From OCS116 cluster bacterium AG-435-F03 (GTDB lineage: Bacteria > Pseudomonadota > Alphaproteobacteria > MED-G09), in NCBI GenBank assembly GCA_003212795.1, contig QCOV01000001.1, forward strand, positions 27,321 through 91,320: a DNA stretch of 64,000 bases, written 5' to 3'. How positions within the stretch are numbered: position 1 is the stretch's first letter; the number at the start of each line of letters is the position of its first letter. The notes under the pieces are model-generated. The model was not told where the DNA came from, searched no databases, and saw only the letters and a program-made list of their open reading frames with translations. Shown piece by piece: positions 19,968-29,488 of the stretch. The translations under genes were made by a program, and so were the position numbers.

Positions 19968-21721
19968 TTATCCCCCTCAGGCATCCTAATGTTATCAACT
20001 ATTTCATAAACTTCAACTGGTGGTGGTTTGGTTATGGAGCAAATGAATATTGCAACAAAGAAATTTATTATCATTCCCACAACCCCAATACCCTCCGGAG
20101 ATATTCCTAGTAGCCAATATTCAGATGTATTGTATTCTGGAGAGATAAATTTAAAAAATATTATATATGTTGCTGTAAAAATAAGGCCAGATAACATCCC
20201 AAATATTGCACCATATTGATTCATTCTTTTTGAAAAAATTCCCATTACTATTGCAGGAAATATTGATGCGGCAGCTAAGCCAAAGGCAAAAGCAACTACT
20301 TGAGCCACAAATGCTGGAGGATAAATTCCAAAAATACCTGCAATTATTATAGCTGTTGCAGCCGATATTCTTGCTAAAAATAGTTCCTGTTTTTCAGTAA
20401 TTGAAGGTTTTAATGTCTTTTTCATTAGATCATGGCTGACAGCCGAAGATATTACAAGAAGTAAACCTGCTGCAGTTGAGAGAGCTGCGGCAAGGGCACC
20501 TGCAGCAACTAGTGCAATTACCCAGTTAGGTAATTTTGCAATTTCTGGATTTGCTAAAACCATTATATCTCTATCAATATATATTTCATTTGCATTTGAT
20601 GAAGGATTATTAAGAACTAATCTTTGGTTATATTGTCCTCGTTCCGATGTAAATTGAGGTTTATTTTTCTCGAGAGCATTTCCTGATCGATATTGAATGA
20701 TCCCATCTTTATTTTTATCTGTCCAAGAAATTAAACCTATATCTTCCCAGTTTTTAAACCAGTTAGGTGTATCTGTATAAGCTGTATTATCAACAGTATT
20801 AATAAAATTTAACCGAGCAAACGAAGATACTGCTGGAGCTGTTAAGTATAATATTGCTATGAAAAGCAGAGCCCAACCTGCAGATGTCCTTGCATCTTTA
20901 ACCCTTGGAACTGTAAAAAAACGAACTATTACATGAGGAAGACCTGCAGTACCAATCATTAATGCTGCAGTTATACAAAAGATATCTATTTTCGATTTAT
21001 TAAAATCTGTATATGAGTTAAATCCAATATCATTGAGCACTAAGTTGAGCTTATCTAGTAGATATATGTCTTCTGTTAGAAGTTTAGAGCCAAACCCTAA
21101 TTGTGGTATTGGATTCCCAGTCATTAATATTGAAATAAAAATAGCTGGAACCATATAAGCAAAGATTAAAACACAATATTGAGCAACTTGAGTATAAGTA
21201 ATACCTTTCATACCTCCTAAAACAGCATAAATAAAAACAATTGCCATGCCTATTATTACACCTGTGTTAATATCAACTTCTAGGAATCGAGAAAATACAA
21301 TTCCAACACCTCGCATTTGACCGGCTATATATGTGAATGAAATAAATATAAGGCAAATTACAGCTACTAATCTTGCTATATTTGAATAATATCTATCACC
21401 TATAAAATCGGGAACAGTAAATTTGCCGAATTTTCTTAAATAAGGCGCTAACAAAAGAGCTAGCAATACATAACCTCCTGTCCAGCCCATTAGGTAAACT
21501 GAACCATCTTTTCCCATAAATGAAATTATTCCAGCCATAGATATAAATGATGCGGCTGACATCCAATCTGCTGCAGTAGCCATTCCATTAGCAATAGGGT
21601 GAACTCCACCACCTGCAACATAAAATTCACCAGTTGAGGATGCTCTAGACCAAAGAGCTATTGCGATATATAAGGCAAACGCTGCACCAACTATTATGTA
21701 TGTTAATAATTGAACATCCAT
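19964..21721 (-). CDS. sodium:solute symporter family transporter (ActP-like cation/acetate symporter)
   Basis: 585 aa, SSS-family N-terminus 'STGEFYVAGGGVHPIANGMATAADWMSAASFISMAG'. Preceded by a DUF4212-type small subunit gene. Confidence 0.85.
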   Translation of the reverse strand: MDVQLLTYIIVGAAFALYIAIALWSRASSTGEFYVAGGGVHPIANGMATAADWMSAASFISMAGIISFMGKDGSVYLMGWTGGYVLLALLLAPYLRKFGKFTVPDFIGDRYYSNIARLVAVICLIFISFTYIAGQMRGVGIVFSRFLEVDINTGVIIGMAIVFIYAVLGGMKGITYTQVAQYCVLIFAYMVPAIFISILMTGNPIPQLGFGSKLLTEDIYLLDKLNLVLNDIGFNSYTDFNKSKIDIFCITAALMIGTAGLPHVIVRFFTVPRVKDARTSAGWALLFIAILYLTAPAVSSFARLNFINTVDNTAYTDTPNWFKNWEDIGLISWTDKNKDGIIQYRSGNALEKNKPQFTSERGQYNQRLVLNNPSSNANEIYIDRDIMVLANPEIAKLPNWVIALVAAGALAAALSTAAGLLLVISSAVSHDLMKKTLKPSITEKQELFLARISAATAIIIAGIFGIYPPAFVAQVVAFAFGLAAASIFPAIVMGIFSKRMNQYGAIFGMLSGLIFTATYIIFFKFISPEYNTSEYWLLGISPEGIGVVGMIINFFVAIFICSITKPPPVEVYEIVDNIRMPEGDK

Positions 21722-21723
21722 AT

Positions 21724-21987
21724 TTAGTCTTCACTCGCTTCAAATTTTTTATCCAATCTATTCATTAAGAAACAATAAATAACTATTAATAAGACAAAAA
21801 TAATTATAGAGCCTTGCTGTGCAAACCAGAAACCAAGCTCAAATCCACCAATTTTTATTTTATCTAAAAAATCAGAAAAAATAATTCCTGCACCAAAAGA
21901 TGAGATAAACCAAATAGAAAGTAATATTGAAACAATTTTAAGATTAGCCTTCCAGTAAGAATATTTATTAATTTTTTCATTATTCAT
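21724..21987 (-). CDS. DUF4212-like small membrane protein (putative SSS-transporter small subunit)
   Basis: 87 aa, two TM segments. Lies immediately upstream of and co-directional with the ActP-like gene, which is the conserved pairing. Confidence 0.7.
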   Translation of the reverse strand: MNNEKINKYSYWKANLKIVSILLSIWFISSFGAGIIFSDFLDKIKIGGFELGFWFAQQGSIIIFVLLIVIYCFLMNRLDKKFEASED

Positions 21988-21993
21988 TTTTAA

Positions 21994-23436
21994 TTACGAC
22001 ATCACATAAGGTATTAAGAAAACAGAAATTAATGAAATTATGATAATACCAATAATATTTAATGCAACACCACTAATCATCATAGATCTTATGCTTATAA
22101 AACCAGAACCATAAACTATAAGATTTGGCGGAGTTGCAACTGGAAGCATAAAAGCACAACTTGCTGCTAAAGTTATTGATGCACCGAACATTATTGGGTC
22201 TTCGCCTAGGCCAATTGCTAAAGCAGCAATAACAGGCAAGAAAACACTTGTTGTAGCAATATTTGATGTTAATTCAGTAAGAAAAACAATTAATGTTACG
22301 GCGGCAAATATTAAAGCTATAAGCCCCAATACGCCAAATGGCTCTAAACCATTTCCTAGCCATGCAGCTAATCCAGTTGAAGCGACAGCATTTGCAAGGC
22401 TTAAACCTCCACCAAAAAGAATTAGAAGATTCCAAGGAACTTTCTGAGCATTTTCCCAATCCATTAATTTACCATCTTTACTGCCATCTGAAACAAGGAA
22501 CAGCGTGATTGCTGAAATCATTGCTATAACATGATCAGTTAAATTATTAAGGAAGGGGATTAATTGAATTAAATCCCTAAACATCCACGATAGCGCAGTT
22601 AAAGAAAAAATAATTGCAACTCTTTTTTCAGGAATTGTCATGGGGCCTAATTTCTTATATTGGTTTTGAAGATGAATAGCTGTATCACCACCTTTTAAAA
22701 AATCAGTTGAATAAACAATTTTTGATAAAGTGATCCATGAAAGCGGGAGTAAAAAAAGTACAACTGGTAACCCAATTGTCATCCATGTTCTAAAACTAAT
22801 CTCTACACCATAATTGGTTTCAATAAAGCTGGCAAAAATTGCATTAGGCGCAGTACCCACTAATGTTGCCATACCACCAATACTCGCTGCATGAGCAATA
22901 CCTAAAAGGAGAGCTTTTGCAAAATCAGAATTTCCATCTGTAATTTGATTTTGCTCATTAATTATATGAGCGACGGAAATACCTATCGGAAGTAACATTA
23001 ATGTTGTTGAGGTATTCATCATCCACATGGATAAAAAAGCACTTACAAACATAAAGCCAGCTATTAAACTTGGACCACTTTTGCCTGCAAAACGTAAAAT
23101 ATTTAGTGCTATACGCTCATGTAGATTGGATTTTTGGATACTTAAGGCAAGAATAAAACCACCCAGAAATAAGAAAATATTTTTGTTTGCATATGGAATT
23201 GCTGTATCGGCAAATGTAGAAACACCAAGTAATGGAAAAAAAACTAGTGGAAATAATGCTGTTACAAATAATGGAATAGCTTCGGAAGCCCATAATACGG
23301 CAATTAAAACACCGACAGCTGCAACATACCATGCTTCAGAGCTTAATCCATCAGGTTTGGGTGATAGAATAATAACTAAAAATAAAGTTAAACCTATAAA
23401 AAGACCGGTGTTTATATTAGGAAAAATTTTTTTCAT
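21994..23436 (-). CDS. DASS-family (divalent anion:Na+ symporter / SLC13-like) permease
   Basis: 480 aa polytopic protein. 'AWYVAAVGVLIAVLWASEAIPLFVTALFPL' and a repeated hairpin architecture are typical of DASS/CitT-like permeases. Confidence 0.75.
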   Translation of the reverse strand: MKKIFPNINTGLFIGLTLFLVIILSPKPDGLSSEAWYVAAVGVLIAVLWASEAIPLFVTALFPLVFFPLLGVSTFADTAIPYANKNIFLFLGGFILALSIQKSNLHERIALNILRFAGKSGPSLIAGFMFVSAFLSMWMMNTSTTLMLLPIGISVAHIINEQNQITDGNSDFAKALLLGIAHAASIGGMATLVGTAPNAIFASFIETNYGVEISFRTWMTIGLPVVLFLLPLSWITLSKIVYSTDFLKGGDTAIHLQNQYKKLGPMTIPEKRVAIIFSLTALSWMFRDLIQLIPFLNNLTDHVIAMISAITLFLVSDGSKDGKLMDWENAQKVPWNLLILFGGGLSLANAVASTGLAAWLGNGLEPFGVLGLIALIFAAVTLIVFLTELTSNIATTSVFLPVIAALAIGLGEDPIMFGASITLAASCAFMLPVATPPNLIVYGSGFISIRSMMISGVALNIIGIIIISLISVFLIPYVMS

Positions 23437-23553
23437 ATTTGTAACTATTAATAGAGTAATTTATGCATAAAAATTTAAATATAAAAGGATAGAATTTAAA
23501 TTATATTTATGATTAAGTTCAATTTAAATTTATATTTGTAAAAGGGGATATTT

Positions 23554-24585
23554 ATGGGAAATCAAATAATAAATAGAATGCTAAAGCTTAAATCCAGACC
23601 AATGATGAACGATGTTTCATCTGAAAACTTTGAACTTGTTGAAGAGAAGGTTAGAGACATTGAAGAGGGGGAAATCTTAGTAAAAAATCTCTATCTATCG
23701 TTTGATCCTACTCAAAGAGGTTGGTTGAACGATGTTCCATCGTATATACCACCTGTTCAAATTGGTGAGGTAATGAGAGCAGGCTCTGTTGGAAAAGTTA
23801 TTGAGTCCAAAAATCAAAATTTTTCTGAAGATGATATTGTCCAAGGCTCTTTTGGCTGGCAAGAATATGCCATTTCTGGTGAAGGATCAGGTTTCATGCC
23901 TCCACAAAAACTTCCTGAAGGTATTTCTCCTACATCTGCTTTAAGTATTTATGGAATAACAGGTTTAACAGCTTATTTTGGTATGCTTGATATAGGTAAA
24001 CCTGAACAAAATGATACTGTTCTTGTATCAGGTGCAGCAGGAGCAACAGGCTCAGTAGCTGGACAAATAGCAAAAATTAAAGGAGCAACAAATATAATAG
24101 GAATTGCCGGAGGCCCTGAAAAATGCAAATGGGTTGTTGAAGAGGCTGGTTTTGATAGTTGTATAGATTATAAAAATGAAGATGTGGCCAAAAAAGTTAC
24201 CGAATTAGCTCCAAATGGCCTAAATATTTACTTTGATAATGTTGGTGGCTCTATATTAGAAACAGCACTTGGTAATATTGCTCAAAAAGCAAGAGTCGTT
24301 ATGTGCGGTGGAATTTCTTCAGGCTATACTATGGAAAGATTAGCGCCAGGCCCTTCCACAATTTTTAATCTGATTATTCAAAGGGCAAAAATGGAAGGCT
24401 TTATCGTTATTGATTACGCTGAACAATTTCCACATGCAGTTATGGAGTTAGCAGGTTGGGTTGCTGAAGGGAAAATTAATTATAAAGAAGATATCGCAGA
24501 AGGACTCGAAAATTGTCCAGATACTTTAGCTAATTTGTTTAAAGGTAAGAATTTTGGAAAACAACTTCTTAAGTTGTCAGATTAA
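23554..24585 (+). CDS. NADP-dependent oxidoreductase, MDR superfamily (alkenal/enone reductase, YncB/CurA-like)
   Basis: Rossmann motif 'VLVSGAAGATGSVAGQIAKIKG'. 343 aa. C-terminal 'KGKNFGKQLLKL'. Confidence 0.85.
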   Translation: MGNQIINRMLKLKSRPMMNDVSSENFELVEEKVRDIEEGEILVKNLYLSFDPTQRGWLNDVPSYIPPVQIGEVMRAGSVGKVIESKNQNFSEDDIVQGSFGWQEYAISGEGSGFMPPQKLPEGISPTSALSIYGITGLTAYFGMLDIGKPEQNDTVLVSGAAGATGSVAGQIAKIKGATNIIGIAGGPEKCKWVVEEAGFDSCIDYKNEDVAKKVTELAPNGLNIYFDNVGGSILETALGNIAQKARVVMCGGISSGYTMERLAPGPSTIFNLIIQRAKMEGFIVIDYAEQFPHAVMELAGWVAEGKINYKEDIAEGLENCPDTLANLFKGKNFGKQLLKLSD

Positions 24586-24589
24586 ATTA

Positions 24590-25525
24590 TTAAGATAAAT
24601 TCCCAAATTTTTCTATAGTTGCATAGAATTCATTTATTGTTTCGTTAATAATGTTTTTCACTGGCTTTTCTTTTTCTATTCGCCCAGCTACTTGACCCGT
24701 TAGAGCAATTGAAGCTTCCATATCTCCACCAAAATAAAGGTCTAGAGCCGTACCAAATTCTTGCATAGCATTAACATCATCATTCTTTTCAAGTTTGTTT
24801 GTTTTATCTGTTCTTAAAGCTCTTAATGCAGGACTTGAAAATCTATTTAACAGAACAGTAGACTGATCATCTGCAGACATTATTGCATTTTTCCAATTTT
24901 CATGAACGGGAGATTCTTTTGAAGAGACCATTCTTGTGCCCATTTGTATTCCTTGTGCCCCTAATGAAAATGCGGCAGCCATAGTCTTGCCGTCAATAAA
25001 ACCTCCAGCGGCAATAACAGGAACATTAACTTTTGAACAAACTAAAGGAAGAAGAACCATTGAAGCAACGCCATTAGGACTTTTAAAGCCTCCACCTTCA
25101 AAACCCTCAACGACAAGTCCATCCACACCTGCCTCAATAGCCTTTAAAGCTGCAGAAAGTGAAGGCACAACATGAAAAACAGTTAAGCCAGCTTCTTTTA
25201 ATTCACTGCAATATTTATTTGGATCACCAGCAGATGTTGTCACGAATTTAACACCTTGATCTATAATAAAATTGACTATGTCTGGATCTCTTACAAATGC
25301 TTGAGCAATATTTACACCAAATGGCTTATTTGTTTTCTCGCGCATAAGTTTAATTTCTTCCCTTATAACATCTAATTCTCCAGAAGAGGTTTCTATTATT
25401 CCTAAACCTCCTGCTTCTGAAACAGCCGAGGCTAACTGTGAACGAGCAATCCAACCCATCGGTGCTTGAATAATTGGATAATCAATATTCAAAATTTCAG
25501 TTAAATTATTTTTTATTGGTTTCAT
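24590..25525 (-). CDS. nitronate monooxygenase (NMO / 2-nitropropane dioxygenase-like) FMN enzyme
   Basis: 'DYPIIQAPMGWIARSQLASAVSEAGGLGII' and 'VIAAGGFIDG' TIM-barrel FMN motifs. Confidence 0.8.
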   Translation of the reverse strand: MKPIKNNLTEILNIDYPIIQAPMGWIARSQLASAVSEAGGLGIIETSSGELDVIREEIKLMREKTNKPFGVNIAQAFVRDPDIVNFIIDQGVKFVTTSAGDPNKYCSELKEAGLTVFHVVPSLSAALKAIEAGVDGLVVEGFEGGGFKSPNGVASMVLLPLVCSKVNVPVIAAGGFIDGKTMAAAFSLGAQGIQMGTRMVSSKESPVHENWKNAIMSADDQSTVLLNRFSSPALRALRTDKTNKLEKNDDVNAMQEFGTALDLYFGGDMEASIALTGQVAGRIEKEKPVKNIINETINEFYATIEKFGNLS

Positions 25526-25558
25526 TATAAATTATGTAAGTTAAGTAAAATTTAATTT

Positions 25559-25588
25559 TTGACATAAATTCTGTCAATATTTTATAAT
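25559..25588 (+). promoter_or_regulatory. sigma-70-like promoter (TTGACA-N18-TATAAT) ending 6 nt before the ATG at 25595
   Basis: Exact consensus hexamers read directly from the sequence. The spacing implies a near-leaderless transcript. Confidence 0.5.
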
Positions 25589-25594
25589 TTTAAC

Positions 25595-26935
25595 ATGCTA
25601 ACAAATATAAGTAATTATCTTCAAAACAAATTTTTATCTAGAGCACGAAATAAGCTAATGATGAATTGGTCTAACGAAGATTTATTAAATCGCGAAAGAC
25701 AAAAAAGAGAAAAGATAAGAGTTTCTGAAAATAGATCACATAAGGTGTTTTATTATCATCAGGTTGATGATCCTTATTCTATTTTAGTTCTTCCAGTATT
25801 GGAAAAGCTTAAAAGTTGCTATCAAGTTGATTTAGAATGTATCTTAGTTGGTAGTCCTCCAGGACAAACTGTTCCTGAGCCAAGCATGTACAAAATTCAT
25901 TGCCTAAATGATGTAAGGAATATTGCTCCCTGGTATGGGCAAGATAAAAAAATTTTAAATTTCCCCTTAAAAAATGAAATAGATTTAGCCAATAAAATTC
26001 TTTCAAATTGCGAACAAGCTAATTTTATTCAGATAGCCTTAGATCTAATGGATAGTTTATGGCTTGAGGAAACTAAAAGCCTTGAAACAATTTATAAAGA
26101 TTACTTTAATTCAATAAATGAAATAAACTCTAAAATAGAAATAGGAAATAAATTTAGAAAAGGAAATGGATACTATAGCAGTTCATCATTTTATTATGAG
26201 GGCGAGAGCTATTGGGGAGTTGATAGATTAAATCATCTTGAAAATAGATTAATAGATTTAGGTCTTAAGAAGACAGATACAGATGAATACATTATTAATA
26301 GAAAATCTAATAAAAATTACACTTCAAATCAGACTAATAAATTAAATTTAACTATATATCCTTCATTAAACAGCCCATATACATTTATATGTTTTCCTAG
26401 GGTAAGGAATATAATAGAGAAATATCCTGTAAACATAATAACTAAACCAGTACTTCCTATGCTTATGCGAGGTATGCATATACCTAGATATAAAGGAAAA
26501 TATATTTTGAGTGATGCAGCCAGAGAAGGCAGAATTAATAATATTTATATTAATAAAATTTACTCACCTTTAGGTAAACCAGCAGAATTAGCTTATTCAC
26601 TATTTCCAATAATTAATGCTCATAATAAAGGCTTTTCATACATTGAGAAATTAACAATCGCTTCTTTTCATAATGGCATAAATATCGGAAATAAAGCATT
26701 TCTAAAAAAAATAGTCAGAGAGTTAGACCTTTCATGGGATGAAATTAAGAACGATCTTGGTAAAAGAAAATGGAAGAAAGTTTTAGATGAAAATTTAAAT
26801 GAAATGTATGAAGGGAATTGCTGGGGCGTTCCCTCTTTTAGAATTAGTGATGAAAATTATGAAAATCCGTTTTATCAATGGGGACAAGATAGACTCTGGT
26901 TAATTGAAGAAGAAATCAAAAAAAGATTAGATTAA
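25595..26935 (+). CDS. tandem DsbA-like thioredoxin-fold protein (2-hydroxychromene-2-carboxylate isomerase family, duplicated)
   Basis: Two copies of the HCCA-isomerase/DsbA-like N-terminal pattern ('VFYYHQVDDPYSILVLPVLEKL' and 'LTIYPSLNSPYTFICFPRV'). C-terminal 'NCWGVPSFRI...WGQDRL' matches the family end motif. Confidence 0.6.
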   Translation: MLTNISNYLQNKFLSRARNKLMMNWSNEDLLNRERQKREKIRVSENRSHKVFYYHQVDDPYSILVLPVLEKLKSCYQVDLECILVGSPPGQTVPEPSMYKIHCLNDVRNIAPWYGQDKKILNFPLKNEIDLANKILSNCEQANFIQIALDLMDSLWLEETKSLETIYKDYFNSINEINSKIEIGNKFRKGNGYYSSSSFYYEGESYWGVDRLNHLENRLIDLGLKKTDTDEYIINRKSNKNYTSNQTNKLNLTIYPSLNSPYTFICFPRVRNIIEKYPVNIITKPVLPMLMRGMHIPRYKGKYILSDAAREGRINNIYINKIYSPLGKPAELAYSLFPIINAHNKGFSYIEKLTIASFHNGINIGNKAFLKKIVRELDLSWDEIKNDLGKRKWKKVLDENLNEMYEGNCWGVPSFRISDENYENPFYQWGQDRLWLIEEEIKKRLD

Positions 26936-27948
26936 CCTCCTGTTACAGACATATGTCTTTCTATTTTAGTATTTTTCATTCTTGGTTTGATTGAGAATTC
27001 ATGTTTTTCCGGTTTTATTCTCATAGCAAGATTTATAGCAGCATCTAATTTACTGTAATCTTTAGATCTTAATATTGATTTAAAATCAATTTTATCATTT
27101 TGTCCTAAACACATATATAACATACCTGTGCAAGTAACCCTTATTCTGTTGCAAGAACTACAAAAATTATTTGAAAGAGGTGTAATAAAACCGATATTTT
27201 TTCCTGTTTCTTTAACCTTATAATAATCTGAAGGACCAGATGTCGTATAAGATGATTTCTTTAGAGTAAACTTTTTTTCAATATTTTTTCTCATTTTATT
27301 AATAGAAAAAAATTGATCATAACGGTCGTTATCAATATCTCCTAAAGGCATAGTTTCAATTAAACTAATATCCATTCCATTTTTATGTGACCAATAAATT
27401 AATTCAGGAATTTCATGTATATTGCTGTCTTTAAGAACAACCGTATTTATCTTTAATTTAAAATTATACTTCTTAGCCTCATCAATACCTCTTAAAACTT
27501 TTTTTAAGTTTTTTCTTCTAGTAATTTTTTCGAAGGTTTCCTCATTTAGTGTATCAAGAGATATATTTATTCTATCAATTCCAGAGTTTTTTAGCTCCTT
27601 ACTATAATCTTCTAAAAGAGTACCGTTAGTTGTAAGAGTAATCTCATCAAGCATATTCATATTTTTGAAACTTTTAAGATTATTAATAAATTCTAATATG
27701 CCTTTTCTTACGAGAGGCTCACCGCCTGTAATTCTTATCTTTTTAATGCCCCTTGCGATAAAATGCTCACACAATTCATACATTTCATCAAATGATAAAA
27801 TATCCTTTTTACTCATAAATTTCATTTTTTCAGGCATACAATATGTGCATCTTAGATTACATCTATCGGTAACTGATATTCTTAGGTAATCAATTTTTCT
27901 ACCATAATTATCTATTAAAATATTATCTCTGCTAGGAATTCTTAACAT
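26932..27948 (-). CDS. moaA: GTP 3',8-cyclase (molybdenum cofactor biosynthesis protein A)
   Basis: Radical-SAM 'CNLRCTYCMP' plus C-terminal second cluster cysteines 'CSSCNRIRVTCTG'. 338 aa. Confidence 0.92.
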   Translation of the reverse strand: MLRIPSRDNILIDNYGRKIDYLRISVTDRCNLRCTYCMPEKMKFMSKKDILSFDEMYELCEHFIARGIKKIRITGGEPLVRKGILEFINNLKSFKNMNMLDEITLTTNGTLLEDYSKELKNSGIDRINISLDTLNEETFEKITRRKNLKKVLRGIDEAKKYNFKLKINTVVLKDSNIHEIPELIYWSHKNGMDISLIETMPLGDIDNDRYDQFFSINKMRKNIEKKFTLKKSSYTTSGPSDYYKVKETGKNIGFITPLSNNFCSSCNRIRVTCTGMLYMCLGQNDKIDFKSILRSKDYSKLDAAINLAMRIKPEKHEFSIKPRMKNTKIERHMSVTGG

Positions 27949-28066
27949 AAATAATGTTATAATATAAAAAGATACTAATGTAGGATAAAATTTAAAAAAT
28001 ACAGATTTCTGTAGTTATATTGACTATATGCAATATTCATGCCATTTGTAAGAAATAAGGTAAATC

Positions 28067-29488
28067 ATGGCAAAAATTTCTTTAGTTCAAAATATCAAAC
28101 AAAGTCAAAAAATGACTTTGACTCCTCAATTGCTTAAAGCAATTAAACTTTTAGAGTTAAATAATATTGATCTTGATAATTATCTCCAGCAAGAGATTCT
28201 TGACAACCCACTTTTAGAAAAAGAAGCTGATGATCAGAGCTTAAAAGACAACATAAATGATAATGATAAAAATTTATCTTCTCAGGATAAATCAGAGAGT
28301 TCATTCTCGCATAATACGGATTCTGAAGGAAGCCCATCGTTTGACACAGCTAATCTTTATGAATCATCATCAACATCAATAGATAATATTATTGAGGAAA
28401 CAATAGAATCTAAAAATAGTTTATATCAGATAATTACTGATCAAATAAATATATCTTTTCAAAATAAGATTGATAGATTGATTGCTTTATCAATACTTGA
28501 ATTCATTGAACCTAATGGATATTTGAAAGTGTCTACAAAAGAGCTTTCAATCGACTTAAATATTGATTTATTGCGCATTGAAAAAATTCTTAAGGTTTTG
28601 AAGTCATTTGAACCATTAGGTATTTTTTCAAATGATCTTGAAGAATTTTTAACTCTACAATTAAAGTCACAAGATTTATTAGATAATAATTTAAAACTTC
28701 TATTAAAAAACTTACCGATTCTTGCTAACGAGAACATTTTTTCAATATCAAAGAAGCTTAAAATTGATAAAGAAAAATTAAAAGATAGTTTAGATATGTT
28801 AAAAAGATGTAGTGCTGCCCCAATTGACACAGATGGTGATTTAATTTCGAACATTAATTCTCCCGATATTATTGTAGAAAAAGATAAGAATGAGTGGATT
28901 GTGTCTCTTAATGAAGAAACTTTACCTAAAGTAATCGTATTGACTGGGTATTGGGAAGAGTTATCAAGAAAAAAACTATCAAAAGAAGATAAAAAGTATT
29001 TGTCTGCAAATTTTCTAGCTGGCAAAGGATTAGTCAAAGCTCTAGAACAAAGAGCTTCAACAATCTTAAAGGTTGCAAAAGAAATTATTAAGAAGCAAGA
29101 AAAGTTTCTTGATCAAGGTGTTATGGGTTTGAGGCCTTTAAAATTAAAGGATATTGCAGAGGAACTCGATATCCATGAGAGTACAGTATCAAGAATAACT
29201 AATTCTAAAACTATTTATACGCCTAGAGGAACTTATGATTTGAAATTCTTTTTTTCTAAATCTCTTAGCACATTATCTAATGATGACGGATTATCTTCAA
29301 AGGTTGTAAAAGAAAAAATTATTCAACTAATTAATAATGAAGAAAAAGTACTATCAGATAATAAATTATCTAAATTACTAAAGGAAGAAGGCATTAATGT
29401 TGCTAGAAGAACTGTTACTAAATATAGAGAAGAAATGACACTTCCTCCATCTCATCAAAGGAAAAGATTGAAACAGTTAGCCGTTTAA
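28067..29488 (+). CDS. rpoN: RNA polymerase sigma-54 factor
   Basis: N-terminal 'LTPQLLKAIKLLELNNIDLDNYLQQEILDNPLLE' (region I). HTH and RpoN box 'ARRTVTKYREEM' at the C-terminus. Confidence 0.93.
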   Translation: MAKISLVQNIKQSQKMTLTPQLLKAIKLLELNNIDLDNYLQQEILDNPLLEKEADDQSLKDNINDNDKNLSSQDKSESSFSHNTDSEGSPSFDTANLYESSSTSIDNIIEETIESKNSLYQIITDQINISFQNKIDRLIALSILEFIEPNGYLKVSTKELSIDLNIDLLRIEKILKVLKSFEPLGIFSNDLEEFLTLQLKSQDLLDNNLKLLLKNLPILANENIFSISKKLKIDKEKLKDSLDMLKRCSAAPIDTDGDLISNINSPDIIVEKDKNEWIVSLNEETLPKVIVLTGYWEELSRKKLSKEDKKYLSANFLAGKGLVKALEQRASTILKVAKEIIKKQEKFLDQGVMGLRPLKLKDIAEELDIHESTVSRITNSKTIYTPRGTYDLKFFFSKSLSTLSNDDGLSSKVVKEKIIQLINNEEKVLSDNKLSKLLKEEGINVARRTVTKYREEMTLPPSHQRKRLKQLAV

